Shown here: piece after piece, positions 38,952-47,442 of the stretch
Layout of the letters: each line of letters starts with the position of its first letter
Numbering within the stretch: position 1 is the stretch's first letter
NCBI GenBank assembly: GCA_003551705.1
Contig: PUNJ01000037.1
Location: 2,605 to 66,604 of the forward strand
Source of the DNA: Chloroflexota bacterium
Lineage (GTDB): Bacteria; Chloroflexota; Dehalococcoidia; UBA2247; RBG-13-53-26
Direction of reading: 5' to 3'
DNA length: 64,000 nucleotides
Position numbers and translations under genes: made by a program
Notes under the pieces: generated by a model
The model's input: the letters and a program-made list of their open reading frames with translations, nothing else
What the model was told of the DNA's origin: nothing
The model's database searches: none

Positions 38952-39389
38952 TTACCTGGATGTTCTCAAGAGAAGGACGTGTATACTGACACTCATGGCG
39001 ATGAGAAACAGGACAGCCCTGACCGGGACGTTGTCAATTACCACCAGGGCCGAATACGAAATGGTCGCCCAAAGCAAAAGAAGGGTGAAAAGTTTTAATC
39101 TCAAGGGGACTTCCCGTTTCTCAATATAATTGTCCAAATAGCGTCCAAATACTCGATTCGTCAGCAACCATCTATGGAACCTGTCAGAGCTGCGAGCATA
39201 GCAGGCAGCAGCTAGAAGCAGAAAGGGCGTGGTAGGTAGCAAGGGCAGGAATACGCCCAGAAGGCCAAGCCCCACGCAAGAGGTACCTGCAGCGATGAGC
39301 CCACCTCGTTTCAGCTTTCCCAGTGTTGCTTCCCTGCGGGTTGCGGTCCTGCCCGAGTTAACCCTGGACACATCCGTTGAAGTATTCAT
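38952..39389 (-). CDS. YbaN/DUF454 membrane protein
   Basis: LGVFLPLLPTTPFLLLAAACYARSS. Confidence 0.9.
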   Translation of the reverse strand: MNTSTDVSRVNSGRTATRREATLGKLKRGGLIAAGTSCVGLGLLGVFLPLLPTTPFLLLAAACYARSSDRFHRWLLTNRVFGRYLDNYIEKREVPLRLKLFTLLLLWATISYSALVVIDNVPVRAVLFLIAMSVSIHVLLLRTSR

Positions 39390-39445
39390 CTTGTCCGAAA
39401 TCCCAGCAATACGGCAGATAGACCTGGGGCATCCTGCCCGCCGGT

Positions 39446-40060
39446 CTAGGCCATTTCCAAGTGACAGGTATCGTTAAAGGTTATCAGCCGGTTTTCCTTT
39501 GGAGTCAGTTCAAGTATGCTGATGGAGCCGGGGTCCTGCCTAACACGCATAAGCTGTCCGGCTTCAATACTGAGAGCCCTGCAGATGATCATAAGGCAAA
39601 CAAACAGGTGTGACACGACAATGACCGTTTGATCGCCGTGCTTCTTCATGATCTCCTCGATCTGGGCCCAGGCCCGCGATTGCACTTTCTCCAGTGATTC
39701 CCCTCCGGGCAAGCAAAGTGTAACGTCGCCGGCGGCCCATTTATTCCAGAAGTCTCCATGCTTCTGGATGGTCTCGGTTCCCGTCAAGCCTTCCAGGTCA
39801 CCGGCATCTATCTCCACAAATTCCGGAACGATGAACAAGTCGATGCCGCAGTGGCGTGAAATGGGCTCGGCTGTGGCCAGGGCACGTTTGAGCGGACTGG
39901 AGTATACCGCGCTGGCTCCCAGGCCGGTAAGAGCTCGGGCTATAAGCTCAGCCTGGTCAAGGCCTGCCTGGCTCAGTATGATATCGCTGCGAGATCCCTG
40001 AATGATACCATCACGGTTGTAGCTGGTTTCACCGTGTCTTATCAGAACGAGTTTCATCAT
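39446..40060 (-). CDS. Histidine phosphatase family (CobC/GpmB-like)
   Basis: RHGET, SSPLKRA, EIDAG, GGES, VSH. Confidence 0.92.
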   Translation of the reverse strand: MMKLVLIRHGETSYNRDGIIQGSRSDIILSQAGLDQAELIARALTGLGASAVYSSPLKRALATAEPISRHCGIDLFIVPEFVEIDAGDLEGLTGTETIQKHGDFWNKWAAGDVTLCLPGGESLEKVQSRAWAQIEEIMKKHGDQTVIVVSHLFVCLMIICRALSIEAGQLMRVRQDPGSISILELTPKENRLITFNDTCHLEMA

Positions 40061-40701
40061 GCTCCAGCCAGTACCAGTCCGGTACGGTGAATTCTTGCAC
40101 TTCCCTCTAGACCAAGAGCGGATATTACCTGTTCCGGCCTTCCTGTGCCTCCAGGATCACAGCGTAAACGCATGCCGATCACGGCCAGGGAGGCTGTCTG
40201 GCTTATGTGGACGATATTCTTAATCTGGGCTCGCAAGTCATAGAAACGCGGGCCCGTGTCTCTGATATGTTGCCAAGGCAGGGACTCCTCCTGCAGCAGT
40301 TTGTTTATCACTGCTTCCAAATCTATCGGGCTTAAGCTGGTTTCGACCTCCACCCGGTAGTCGGCGAAGCGCAATAGCGACTGCAGAGACGGTCCGGTCA
40401 AGGCTACTTGTTCTACCTTTAGTATAGCCACACCGGCAGGCAAGTTGACGGTAACGGATTTCATGAAGAAGTGAGGGGAGACCGTTCTTCGCAAATGAAC
40501 GTCCATCAATTCGGCCTCACTGGTTACTCCGACAGGTAACGGGGCGCCCATAGATATTCGGGGATGAGGAGTAAATCCTTCAGAATGGGCGATAAGTATA
40601 CCGGCCCGTCGCAGGGTACGATCCCACATTCTCATCATGTCCAGGTGAGAAGTGAACTTGAGTTCGCTTGATCGGGAGAAGGTGACACGTAAGCGCTGCA
40701 T
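40057..40701 (-). CDS. TIGR03936/DUF2344 radical SAM-linked protein
   Basis: SHLD..RRAG..SEGFTPHP..LPVGVTSEAE, RPE; start ATG 40701. Confidence 0.85.
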   Translation of the reverse strand: MQRLRVTFSRSSELKFTSHLDMMRMWDRTLRRAGILIAHSEGFTPHPRISMGAPLPVGVTSEAELMDVHLRRTVSPHFFMKSVTVNLPAGVAILKVEQVALTGPSLQSLLRFADYRVEVETSLSPIDLEAVINKLLQEESLPWQHIRDTGPRFYDLRAQIKNIVHISQTASLAVIGMRLRCDPGGTGRPEQVISALGLEGSARIHRTGLVLAGA

Positions 40702-40707
40702 TTCTTG

Positions 40708-40775
40708 ATAATACCTTCGATTTCTTCTTACGGTCAACATAAGTCACTTGACTCCGGTTATTGTGGTAGTATACT
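40708..40775. promoter_or_regulatory. Back-to-back divergent sigma70 promoters
   Basis: Minus: TTGACC-N18-TATTAT-N6-ATG; plus: TTGACT-N16-TATACT-N9-ATG. Confidence 0.6.
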
Positions 40776-40784
40776 CGTAAGACG

Positions 40785-42923
40785 ATGGAAATCGCAGAAT
40801 TACTCGAGAAAGCGGCTACCTATCTGCCGAGCGAGAAGCTGGCCCTTGTGGAGGAAGCGCACAAATTTGCTTTGGAGGCGCACAAAGACCAGGTGCGGCA
40901 GTCTGGAGAACCCTATTTGCAGCATCCCTTGGAAGCTGCCTCGATTTTGACTGACCTTCGCCTGGATGTTACGTCACTGGCGGCTGCTTTGCTTCATGAC
41001 GTCTCTGAAGACTGCCATGTGACACAGGAACAAATATCCGAAAGCTTTGGGCCGGAGGTAGCTAAACTCGTAGATGGGGTAACCAAACTCGAGTACGTTT
41101 CATCACAGGTATCGGAAAGACCGGATGGTGTAGACCTGCAGTCGGAGAGTATGAGGAAGATGCTGGTCGCGATGGCGGAGGACCTGAGAGTGGTCTTCAT
41201 CAAGCTGGCCGATCGCCTGCATAATATGCGTACGCTGGACGCCCTTCCTCCGGCGAAAAGGCGGGCTATAGCTAAAGAGACCATGGAAGTATATGCGCCA
41301 TTGGCCCATCGTCTTGGCATCGTCAAGATACGTTCTCAGTTGGAAGATCTGGCGTTCCTGCATCTTGACCCCGTCAAGTTCCGCCATACGAGGCACCTGC
41401 TTGACAAGCAGCAACTGGAGTATGAGAAGCTCATTAACCTGGTCAGTAATAAGCTGGGTGTCGAACTTGAAAAGGCCAAACTGAAGACTACCATCTCGGG
41501 CCGGGCAAAGAGTATATTCAGCCTGTATCGCAAGATGTTGAAGTACAATGCTGAGGGCAAAGACCTGGGCGATATCCATGATATAATCGCGATCCGCGTA
41601 ATCACCGAGCACGAGGAAGACTGTTACCACGTGCTGGGAACTGTGCACAGCCTCTGGCATCCGCTCAGTGGTGAATTCAATGACTATATAGCTACACCCA
41701 AGCGAAACGGTTACCGGTCTCTTCACACGACGATAATCTGCAACGGTACTCCTATTGAGGTCCAGATACGGACCCAGGAAATGCATTATTCCTCTGAATA
41801 CGGCGTAGCTGCCCACTGGCGTTATAAGGAGGGCGTTAAGCAAGACCCATTCGAGCAGCGGATATCAGGTCTGCGGCAATTGCTGGAGTGGCACGAAGAA
41901 ATCAGCGGGACTCGCGAGTTTCTCGATTCCGTGCGCACTGATATCCTCCGTGACCAGGTCTTTGTTTACACACCCAAAGGTGAGATTAGGGATCTTCCCG
42001 CTGGCTCAACTGTGCTGGACTTTGCCTATAACATTCACACGGACCTGGGACATCGCTGTATTGGGGCCAAGGTCAATGGCAAACTGGTCCCGCTGGTGTA
42101 CCGGCTTCGAAATGGCGATACAGTATCTATCATGACTACTAAGGCGGAAAGGGGACCCAGCCGGGACTGGCTCAATCCAAACCTGGGCTACGTCAATACC
42201 TCACGGGCTCGCACCAGGATCCAACAGTGGTTCAGGAAGCAGGCCAAGTCCGAAAATATTGAGAAAGGCAAAGAGGTCTTTGAGAAGGAAGCTCGCAGGT
42301 TGGGCCTAAGCTTGACCAACCGGGAAGAGATTGCCGCTCTATTCGGTTACTCTGATCTGGATGATTTCTATGCTGCAATAGGCTATGGTGAGATAAGTGC
42401 CAGCCAGATCGTTACAAGGCTGGCCACACGGGAGGAGCAGCCCAAGGTTACCGGTCCTGTGCCGGCGAAGCCAGCAACGCCCTTGAGTATCAAAGTACTG
42501 GGTACAGGTGATCTTTTGACCCAACTGGCGCATTGTTGCAAGCCTTTGCCTGGAGACGAGATCATTGGCTATATAACTCGCAGCAGGGGTGTTACTGTAC
42601 ACCGCACTGACTGTCCCAACATTGCACGCGTCCAGCAAAAGGAGAGGCTGGTAAGTGTTGACTGGGGCCGGGTTGACCACCTATATCCTGTCACGGTCCG
42701 CATAGATGCATGGGACAGGGTGGGACTGCTGCGCGATATTAGCAGCACGGTGGCCGAAGAAGGGGTAAATATCAATCTGGTAAGGTCTGAACAGAATAGT
42801 GATAGCAGCAGTTGTGTTGTGCTTACATTACTGGTGAGGAGCATAAGCCAGCTTTCACGACTGCTGTACAAGCTGGAAGCCATAAACGGCGTGACAAACG
42901 TTATGCGGGGAGACACCGGCTAA
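40785..42923 (+). CDS. relA: Bifunctional (p)ppGpp synthetase/hydrolase Rel
   Basis: SGEPY..HP, LHD, KLADRLHNMRT, GRAK, NGYRSLHT, EVQIRT, TGS, CC zinc site, ACT. Confidence 0.96.
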   Translation: MEIAELLEKAATYLPSEKLALVEEAHKFALEAHKDQVRQSGEPYLQHPLEAASILTDLRLDVTSLAAALLHDVSEDCHVTQEQISESFGPEVAKLVDGVTKLEYVSSQVSERPDGVDLQSESMRKMLVAMAEDLRVVFIKLADRLHNMRTLDALPPAKRRAIAKETMEVYAPLAHRLGIVKIRSQLEDLAFLHLDPVKFRHTRHLLDKQQLEYEKLINLVSNKLGVELEKAKLKTTISGRAKSIFSLYRKMLKYNAEGKDLGDIHDIIAIRVITEHEEDCYHVLGTVHSLWHPLSGEFNDYIATPKRNGYRSLHTTIICNGTPIEVQIRTQEMHYSSEYGVAAHWRYKEGVKQDPFEQRISGLRQLLEWHEEISGTREFLDSVRTDILRDQVFVYTPKGEIRDLPAGSTVLDFAYNIHTDLGHRCIGAKVNGKLVPLVYRLRNGDTVSIMTTKAERGPSRDWLNPNLGYVNTSRARTRIQQWFRKQAKSENIEKGKEVFEKEARRLGLSLTNREEIAALFGYSDLDDFYAAIGYGEISASQIVTRLATREEQPKVTGPVPAKPATPLSIKVLGTGDLLTQLAHCCKPLPGDEIIGYITRSRGVTVHRTDCPNIARVQQKERLVSVDWGRVDHLYPVTVRIDAWDRVGLLRDISSTVAEEGVNINLVRSEQNSDSSSCVVLTLLVRSISQLSRLLYKLEAINGVTNVMRGDTG

Positions 42924-43025
42924 TAGTCTGGATGGCTCGTTATTTGTGCAAACCAGGCGAAACAGGTTAGAATGGTAAGCAATCCGGATCCCCAAGACTG
43001 GGGATTGCCGGTATAAGGAGGCAGG

Positions 43026-43274
43026 TTGGCTAAGCTAGCAAATGTGGAAAAGAGGCGATTGCGTAACAAGTCTGTGCGCAGCTACGTCAAGACGACATCG
43101 ACCAGGGCCTTGGATACCATAAAGAAGAACGAATTGGACCAGGCGAGTGAAGCTGTCACTTTGGCTGCTAGTGCTCTAGACAGAGCGGTCAAGAAGGGTG
43201 TCATACATCCCAATAAGGCAGCGCGCCGCAAGTCCCGCCTTATGAAGAAGCTGAACGAAGCTGCAAAGGGCTAA
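43026..43274 (+). CDS. rpsT: 30S ribosomal protein S20
   Basis: RRLRNKSVRS, LDRAVKKGVIHPNKAARRKSRL; TTG start with AAGGAGG SD. Confidence 0.95.
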   Translation: MAKLANVEKRRLRNKSVRSYVKTTSTRALDTIKKNELDQASEAVTLAASALDRAVKKGVIHPNKAARRKSRLMKKLNEAAKG

Positions 43275-43301
43275 GAAGTCGTGGAGCCCCGCAGTGTTCC
43301 C

Positions 43302-43331
43302 AAAATAACTATGGCCTTATTCAGGCCATAG
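43302..43331 (-). terminator. Intrinsic terminator with U-tract on the minus strand
   Basis: 9-bp stem ctatggcct/aggccatag; the minus strand continues ttattttg. It may also stop rpsT transcription. Confidence 0.6.
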
Positions 43332-43505
43332 GTTGGCATTTATGGATCTCTTCACCGGATACAATTTTACCGTAACGATTTCTTCATCGTATCAATTCTG
43401 GTCGTGTTCCGTCTCACGTAGTTTTCACGTTTGTCCCGTACTACAGTGACAACCACAGGCGTACTTTCCATTCTCTGCGATTACCGCTCCCCACACCTGG
43501 CGACC

Positions 43506-43740
43506 CAAGATTGGTAAGGTAAGCCTTTTGCCAAATGTGCCCCAAGCACTGTTGAATCTGATAGCTCTCAGACCTCATAATTCCCGGTCGGCCTGGGTCT
43601 GCTTTCACAGCCATGACATGGTGTCCGGAATTTCCCGAAATTATTGAGATGTTGCATGCTCCCTGGGTTGAGATGGCCATGAGCTTGACATACACTTGGG
43701 GTGGCCTTATATTGGCCGGGAAATGAAAGGACCAATCTTG
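43506..43740 (-). ncRNA. Candidate rod-shaped structured RNA (6S/SsrS-like)
   Basis: Nested helices about one axis, closed by a perfect 10-bp stem (see findings). Strand is inferred and no covariance model was run. Confidence 0.3.
43685..43713 (+). promoter_or_regulatory. Sigma70 promoter upstream of MBL hydrolase
   Basis: TTGACA-N17-TATATT. Confidence 0.6.
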
Positions 43741-43757
43741 CTGGTAAGGTATAACAA

Positions 43758-44372
43758 ATGCAGGTAAAGCGAGTGGAAACCGCGCCTTTCGGCACAAACG
43801 CCTATGTGATTATTTGTGAAGAGGAACATGAAAGCATTCTGATCGACGCTCCGGGCGAACCAGAGTTGCTCATGGCTGCTCTTGAAGGCACCAGGCCCAA
43901 GTATATCGTTATGACCCACGGACATGTAGACCATACTTTGGCTTTGAAGGATATAGCGACGACCTTGTCATTGCCGGTGGCCGTGCATTCCTCGGATGCA
44001 CCTTCATTGTCGGTGCCCGCCGCAGTCATGCTTGAAGACGGCGATATACTGGAGTTGGGAAAGGTCGATATCAGGGTCCTTCATACCCCGGGACACACAC
44101 CGGGCAGCATTTGTCTGCTGGCTGGAGGGCATTTGATCGCCGGCGACACCCTATTCCCCGGCGGGCCGGGCAAGACTGGTTCACCTTCAGATCTGCGGCT
44201 TTTGATTGATTCGCTGCGGTCGAAGATCATGGACCTGCCCGACGACACGGTAGTGCACCCCGGGCATGGAGAAGGCACCATTCTGGGCAAAGAGAAAGAG
44301 CAGTTCGCTAACTTCTTGTCGAGATCGCACGCTTCCGATCTCTGTGGTGATGTCCTCTGGCTGGAGCATTGA
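43758..44372 (+). CDS. MBL-fold metallo-hydrolase (glyoxalase II/YcbL-like)
   Basis: THGHVDH, HTPGHTPG, GDTLF, PGHG. Confidence 0.92.
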   Translation: MQVKRVETAPFGTNAYVIICEEEHESILIDAPGEPELLMAALEGTRPKYIVMTHGHVDHTLALKDIATTLSLPVAVHSSDAPSLSVPAAVMLEDGDILELGKVDIRVLHTPGHTPGSICLLAGGHLIAGDTLFPGGPGKTGSPSDLRLLIDSLRSKIMDLPDDTVVHPGHGEGTILGKEKEQFANFLSRSHASDLCGDVLWLEH

Positions 44373-44381
44373 ACGGAATCC

Positions 44382-45188
44382 CTACCACAGGTACTCTACC
44401 CGGTGAAACGCTTCACCGAATTCAAAGCCCTTGTTGCTAGCCATTTGCCTGTGCCGGTCTTCCAACCACTGCTGCATTTGATAGCCGTGAAACTCTGTAT
44501 CAAGGTTGCCCACCTGGCTCTTATGGCAGCGCAAGGCAGCCAGTTTGACTTCGAAGGTCTTGGTGATATCAATGCAGAAGTCGGGATCCTCAGAGGCCCA
44601 AAGCAGCGCCTCATCTACTTTGTGGGGTTGTAGCCCCTCCTCCAGCAGATCGGGGTAGGCCAGATGGTCTCTGGCAAAGGGGAAGATGGCGTCGAGGACC
44701 ACGGTCCCGGTTATGCGGTGATCGCGATGCCATAAATAGCGCCGGTACGGGTCTGCCGTGACTACCACAGTGGGCCGGTAGGTCCTTATCAGGCGGACAA
44801 GCAGTTTTCGGAAATCGGGAGTATCCTCCAGGGACTGGTCAGCATAGCCCAGAAAGACCACTTCCCTGACACCCAACATCCGGGCGGCTTGCAGCTGCTC
44901 CTCCTCGCGGATCCGGGCCAGATCATGAGGCTCAAGAGTCAGGTCCCTCGTTCCTTTGTCGCCGTTCGTACAGACCACATAGACAACCTGCCGGGCTTCA
45001 CGAGACCATTTGGCTACCGTGCCAGCGGCCCCGAACTCTGAATCGTCGGGGTGGGGGCTTATAACCATGGCGTAAAACGGTTCAGGAGGAGAGGGGGGCA
45101 GTCCTTCCGAGGCCGCGACCGTAAATGGTTCATTGGGTGTTTCTAAACCTTCTCCGGGAGATGGGCTGTACAATTTATAAGAACGCAC
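44382..45188 (-). CDS. PIG-L family deacetylase (MshB/BshB-like)
   Basis: SPHPDD, TNGDKG, REEE, HRDH, KLAALRCHKSQ. Confidence 0.88.
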   Translation of the reverse strand: MRSYKLYSPSPGEGLETPNEPFTVAASEGLPPSPPEPFYAMVISPHPDDSEFGAAGTVAKWSREARQVVYVVCTNGDKGTRDLTLEPHDLARIREEEQLQAARMLGVREVVFLGYADQSLEDTPDFRKLLVRLIRTYRPTVVVTADPYRRYLWHRDHRITGTVVLDAIFPFARDHLAYPDLLEEGLQPHKVDEALLWASEDPDFCIDITKTFEVKLAALRCHKSQVGNLDTEFHGYQMQQWLEDRHRQMASNKGFEFGEAFHRVEYLW

Positions 45189-45284
45189 CGTGGCAGGCCT
45201 CCTGATCCATCATTTATTATCTCTGGCCAAATTGTATTGCATGGAGCAAGCTGTTACAATTCCTTGCCGTTGACAGGTCTAATC

Positions 45285-46250
45285 ATGAACGAATCGATAT
45301 ACTTAGTCCGCAACTATCATAATAGTGATTTTGACGAGTATGTACGTTTGCAGGAGGAAGCCGAGCACCACGACAGAGTAGGCAGGTGTCTGGGCCGGAG
45401 ATTCCTGCTCGAACAGCTACATCGCCCCGGTTTCGTTCCCGAAGAACATTTGCTGGTAGCCGCCGGTAGCCAGCGGCTACTAGCCTATATTGATATTACT
45501 CTGGAAGAGGGCGTATCCAGGGTCGTTTTGGACTGCCTTGTGCACCCGGCCCATCGTAGAATGGGCCTGGGCACCAGACTTTTCAATCATGCCCTCGATT
45601 TTGCCAGGAAACTTGAGATTGGGTGGGCACAGGCAAATGTAGCCGATACCAATCACGGAGCCAGGATGTTCCTGGAGAACCTGGATTTCACTCCCGTCCG
45701 TGTCTATCTGGATATGCTACTGGGACCAGGTAGCGAAGTCTCTGTTCTCGGCGATACAGTAAATATTACGTTGCAGCATTTGCAGCCAGGGCAGGAAGAA
45801 GTCCTGATGCAAGTTCAGAATTGCGCTTTTCAAGAAAGCTGGGGATATAACCCGAATACCGTAATGACCATTTCACGCAGGCTGGAAATGAGTGACACTT
45901 CTCCGGAGCATGTGATACTGGCCGTATCAGGCGCGGAGGTGATGGGCTATTGCTGGACCACCGAAGTGACTGAGGAAATCGCCGACAAGAAAGGGCGGAT
46001 CTACATGCTAGGGGTGTGCCCGCGTTTCCGGGATAAGGGTCTCGGACGACATCTCCTCTTGGCCGGGCTCAGATATCTCAATAAGAGAGGTGTCAAGTCC
46101 GTTGAATTGACGGTCGATAGCCAGAACACGTCCGCGCGAAGGCTATATGATTCGGCAGGTTTCAAAATCGTCTCGGCAAGTTTGTGGTTTGAGAGGGATT
46201 TGAGAGGAGACGGGGTGCCTACACCGGCAAACCACTCGCCGGGCCGATGA
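45285..46250 (+). CDS. Tandem-GNAT acetyltransferase, MshD-like
   Basis: Two GNAT lobes (VHPAHRRMGLG; GYCWT..GRIYMLGVCPRFRDKGLG..LTVDSQN..ARRLY) resembling mycothiol synthase. Confidence 0.75.
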   Translation: MNESIYLVRNYHNSDFDEYVRLQEEAEHHDRVGRCLGRRFLLEQLHRPGFVPEEHLLVAAGSQRLLAYIDITLEEGVSRVVLDCLVHPAHRRMGLGTRLFNHALDFARKLEIGWAQANVADTNHGARMFLENLDFTPVRVYLDMLLGPGSEVSVLGDTVNITLQHLQPGQEEVLMQVQNCAFQESWGYNPNTVMTISRRLEMSDTSPEHVILAVSGAEVMGYCWTTEVTEEIADKKGRIYMLGVCPRFRDKGLGRHLLLAGLRYLNKRGVKSVELTVDSQNTSARRLYDSAGFKIVSASLWFERDLRGDGVPTPANHSPGR

Positions 46251-47439
46251 AAAGCATCTGCGTGTATAGCTGTTCCACAGACCTGGCGACGTTAGGCCAT
46301 CCAAACCTGGTGACCGAATCTCGAATCGAAGGTTCAAAGCCAGGCGACGACAATATGCGGTCGATGCCATCGGCAATCTCCGCCGGGTCATGGCCCACAA
46401 TGTAGCCGGTCCCTGGGGCGATGATATCCTCCATTCCACCCACTCTGGTGGCCACCACCGGTGTACCGCAGGCCAGGGACTCGAGGGCTACCAGGCCGAA
46501 GCTCTCATATAACGATGGCACGACACAGACGTCAGCGACTGCGTAGTACTGCGGTAAGTCCTCCTGCTTGACTCTGCCGCAGAAGTGTACTCTGTCCCCG
46601 ATTCCCAATTGCTCCGAAAGCTTGCCCAATCTTTGCATTTCCGGCTGACTTTGATCATCTCCACCCACAACCAGCAGGCAAATATCCCGGTTGCCCCGCA
46701 ACTGGGCGATCGCCTGGAAAAGATGGTCTATACCTTTAAGCCGTTCGATACGGCCCACGTAAAGGGCCACGCGGCGCCCGTTCAGCTCCAATTGTGTTTT
46801 GGCAGCCTGCTTGTTTGCCGGCATGAAAAGGTCCAGATTAACCCCGCAGGGAATGACACTGATGCGTCCGGGTGATGCTTCGTAGTAATCTTCCAGTTGC
46901 TGCTTCTCCCGTGCCGTTGCAGCTATTATGCGGTTGCATTCCTTCGCTAAACCCCGCTCTGTCTCTGTACGCAGTTCCGGCTCATCGTCGCATGCAGCCA
47001 CGGCGTTCTTGACGGCGCCCAGGGTGTGGAACATCGTTACGTGTGGCACCCGCCACCAGGGCCTAATAAGGTGTGCTGCCCAACCCGAGAGCCAGTAGTG
47101 GCTGTGGACAAGATCATACTCGAGGTCATTCGCCTTGCGAAATGATTCCAGTGCACATGTGAAATCGGCCAGGTACGAATAGACCACCAGCTTGTGTATG
47201 GCGCCCACCTCTCCTGCTCTCAGGTGGATGAGACGGGCTCCTTCGCCAATATGGACCACTTCCGGGTCGCGGGCGTCATGTGCGCGTGTATAAACGTCTA
47301 TCGTGTGCCCAAGGCGGCCCAACTGGGCTGCAAGCTCCCTGATATACACGTTCATTCCACCGGTATCACGGCTGCCCAGATCCCCCATGGGGCAGCTATG
47401 AGCGCTTATCATGGCTATTCGCAATTGCATGTCGGGCAT
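46219..47439 (-). CDS. GT4 glycosyltransferase, MshA-like
   Basis: AMISAHSCP..DTGGMNVY, HSHYWLSG, HTLGAVKN, ESFGLVALE: the MshA-subfamily signature. Confidence 0.85.
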   Translation of the reverse strand: MPDMQLRIAMISAHSCPMGDLGSRDTGGMNVYIRELAAQLGRLGHTIDVYTRAHDARDPEVVHIGEGARLIHLRAGEVGAIHKLVVYSYLADFTCALESFRKANDLEYDLVHSHYWLSGWAAHLIRPWWRVPHVTMFHTLGAVKNAVAACDDEPELRTETERGLAKECNRIIAATAREKQQLEDYYEASPGRISVIPCGVNLDLFMPANKQAAKTQLELNGRRVALYVGRIERLKGIDHLFQAIAQLRGNRDICLLVVGGDDQSQPEMQRLGKLSEQLGIGDRVHFCGRVKQEDLPQYYAVADVCVVPSLYESFGLVALESLACGTPVVATRVGGMEDIIAPGTGYIVGHDPAEIADGIDRILSSPGFEPSIRDSVTRFGWPNVARSVEQLYTQMLFIGPASGLPV

Positions 47440-47442
47440 GAT

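Noticed and set aside
43275-43757. tmRNA, RNase P, SRP or group I intron identity for the rpsT downstream gap
   Set aside because: No T-arm GGTTCGA/CCACCA end, no GAGGAAAGTCC and no SRP GGAA loop; the P/R/S-like snippets are too degenerate and there is no host gene.
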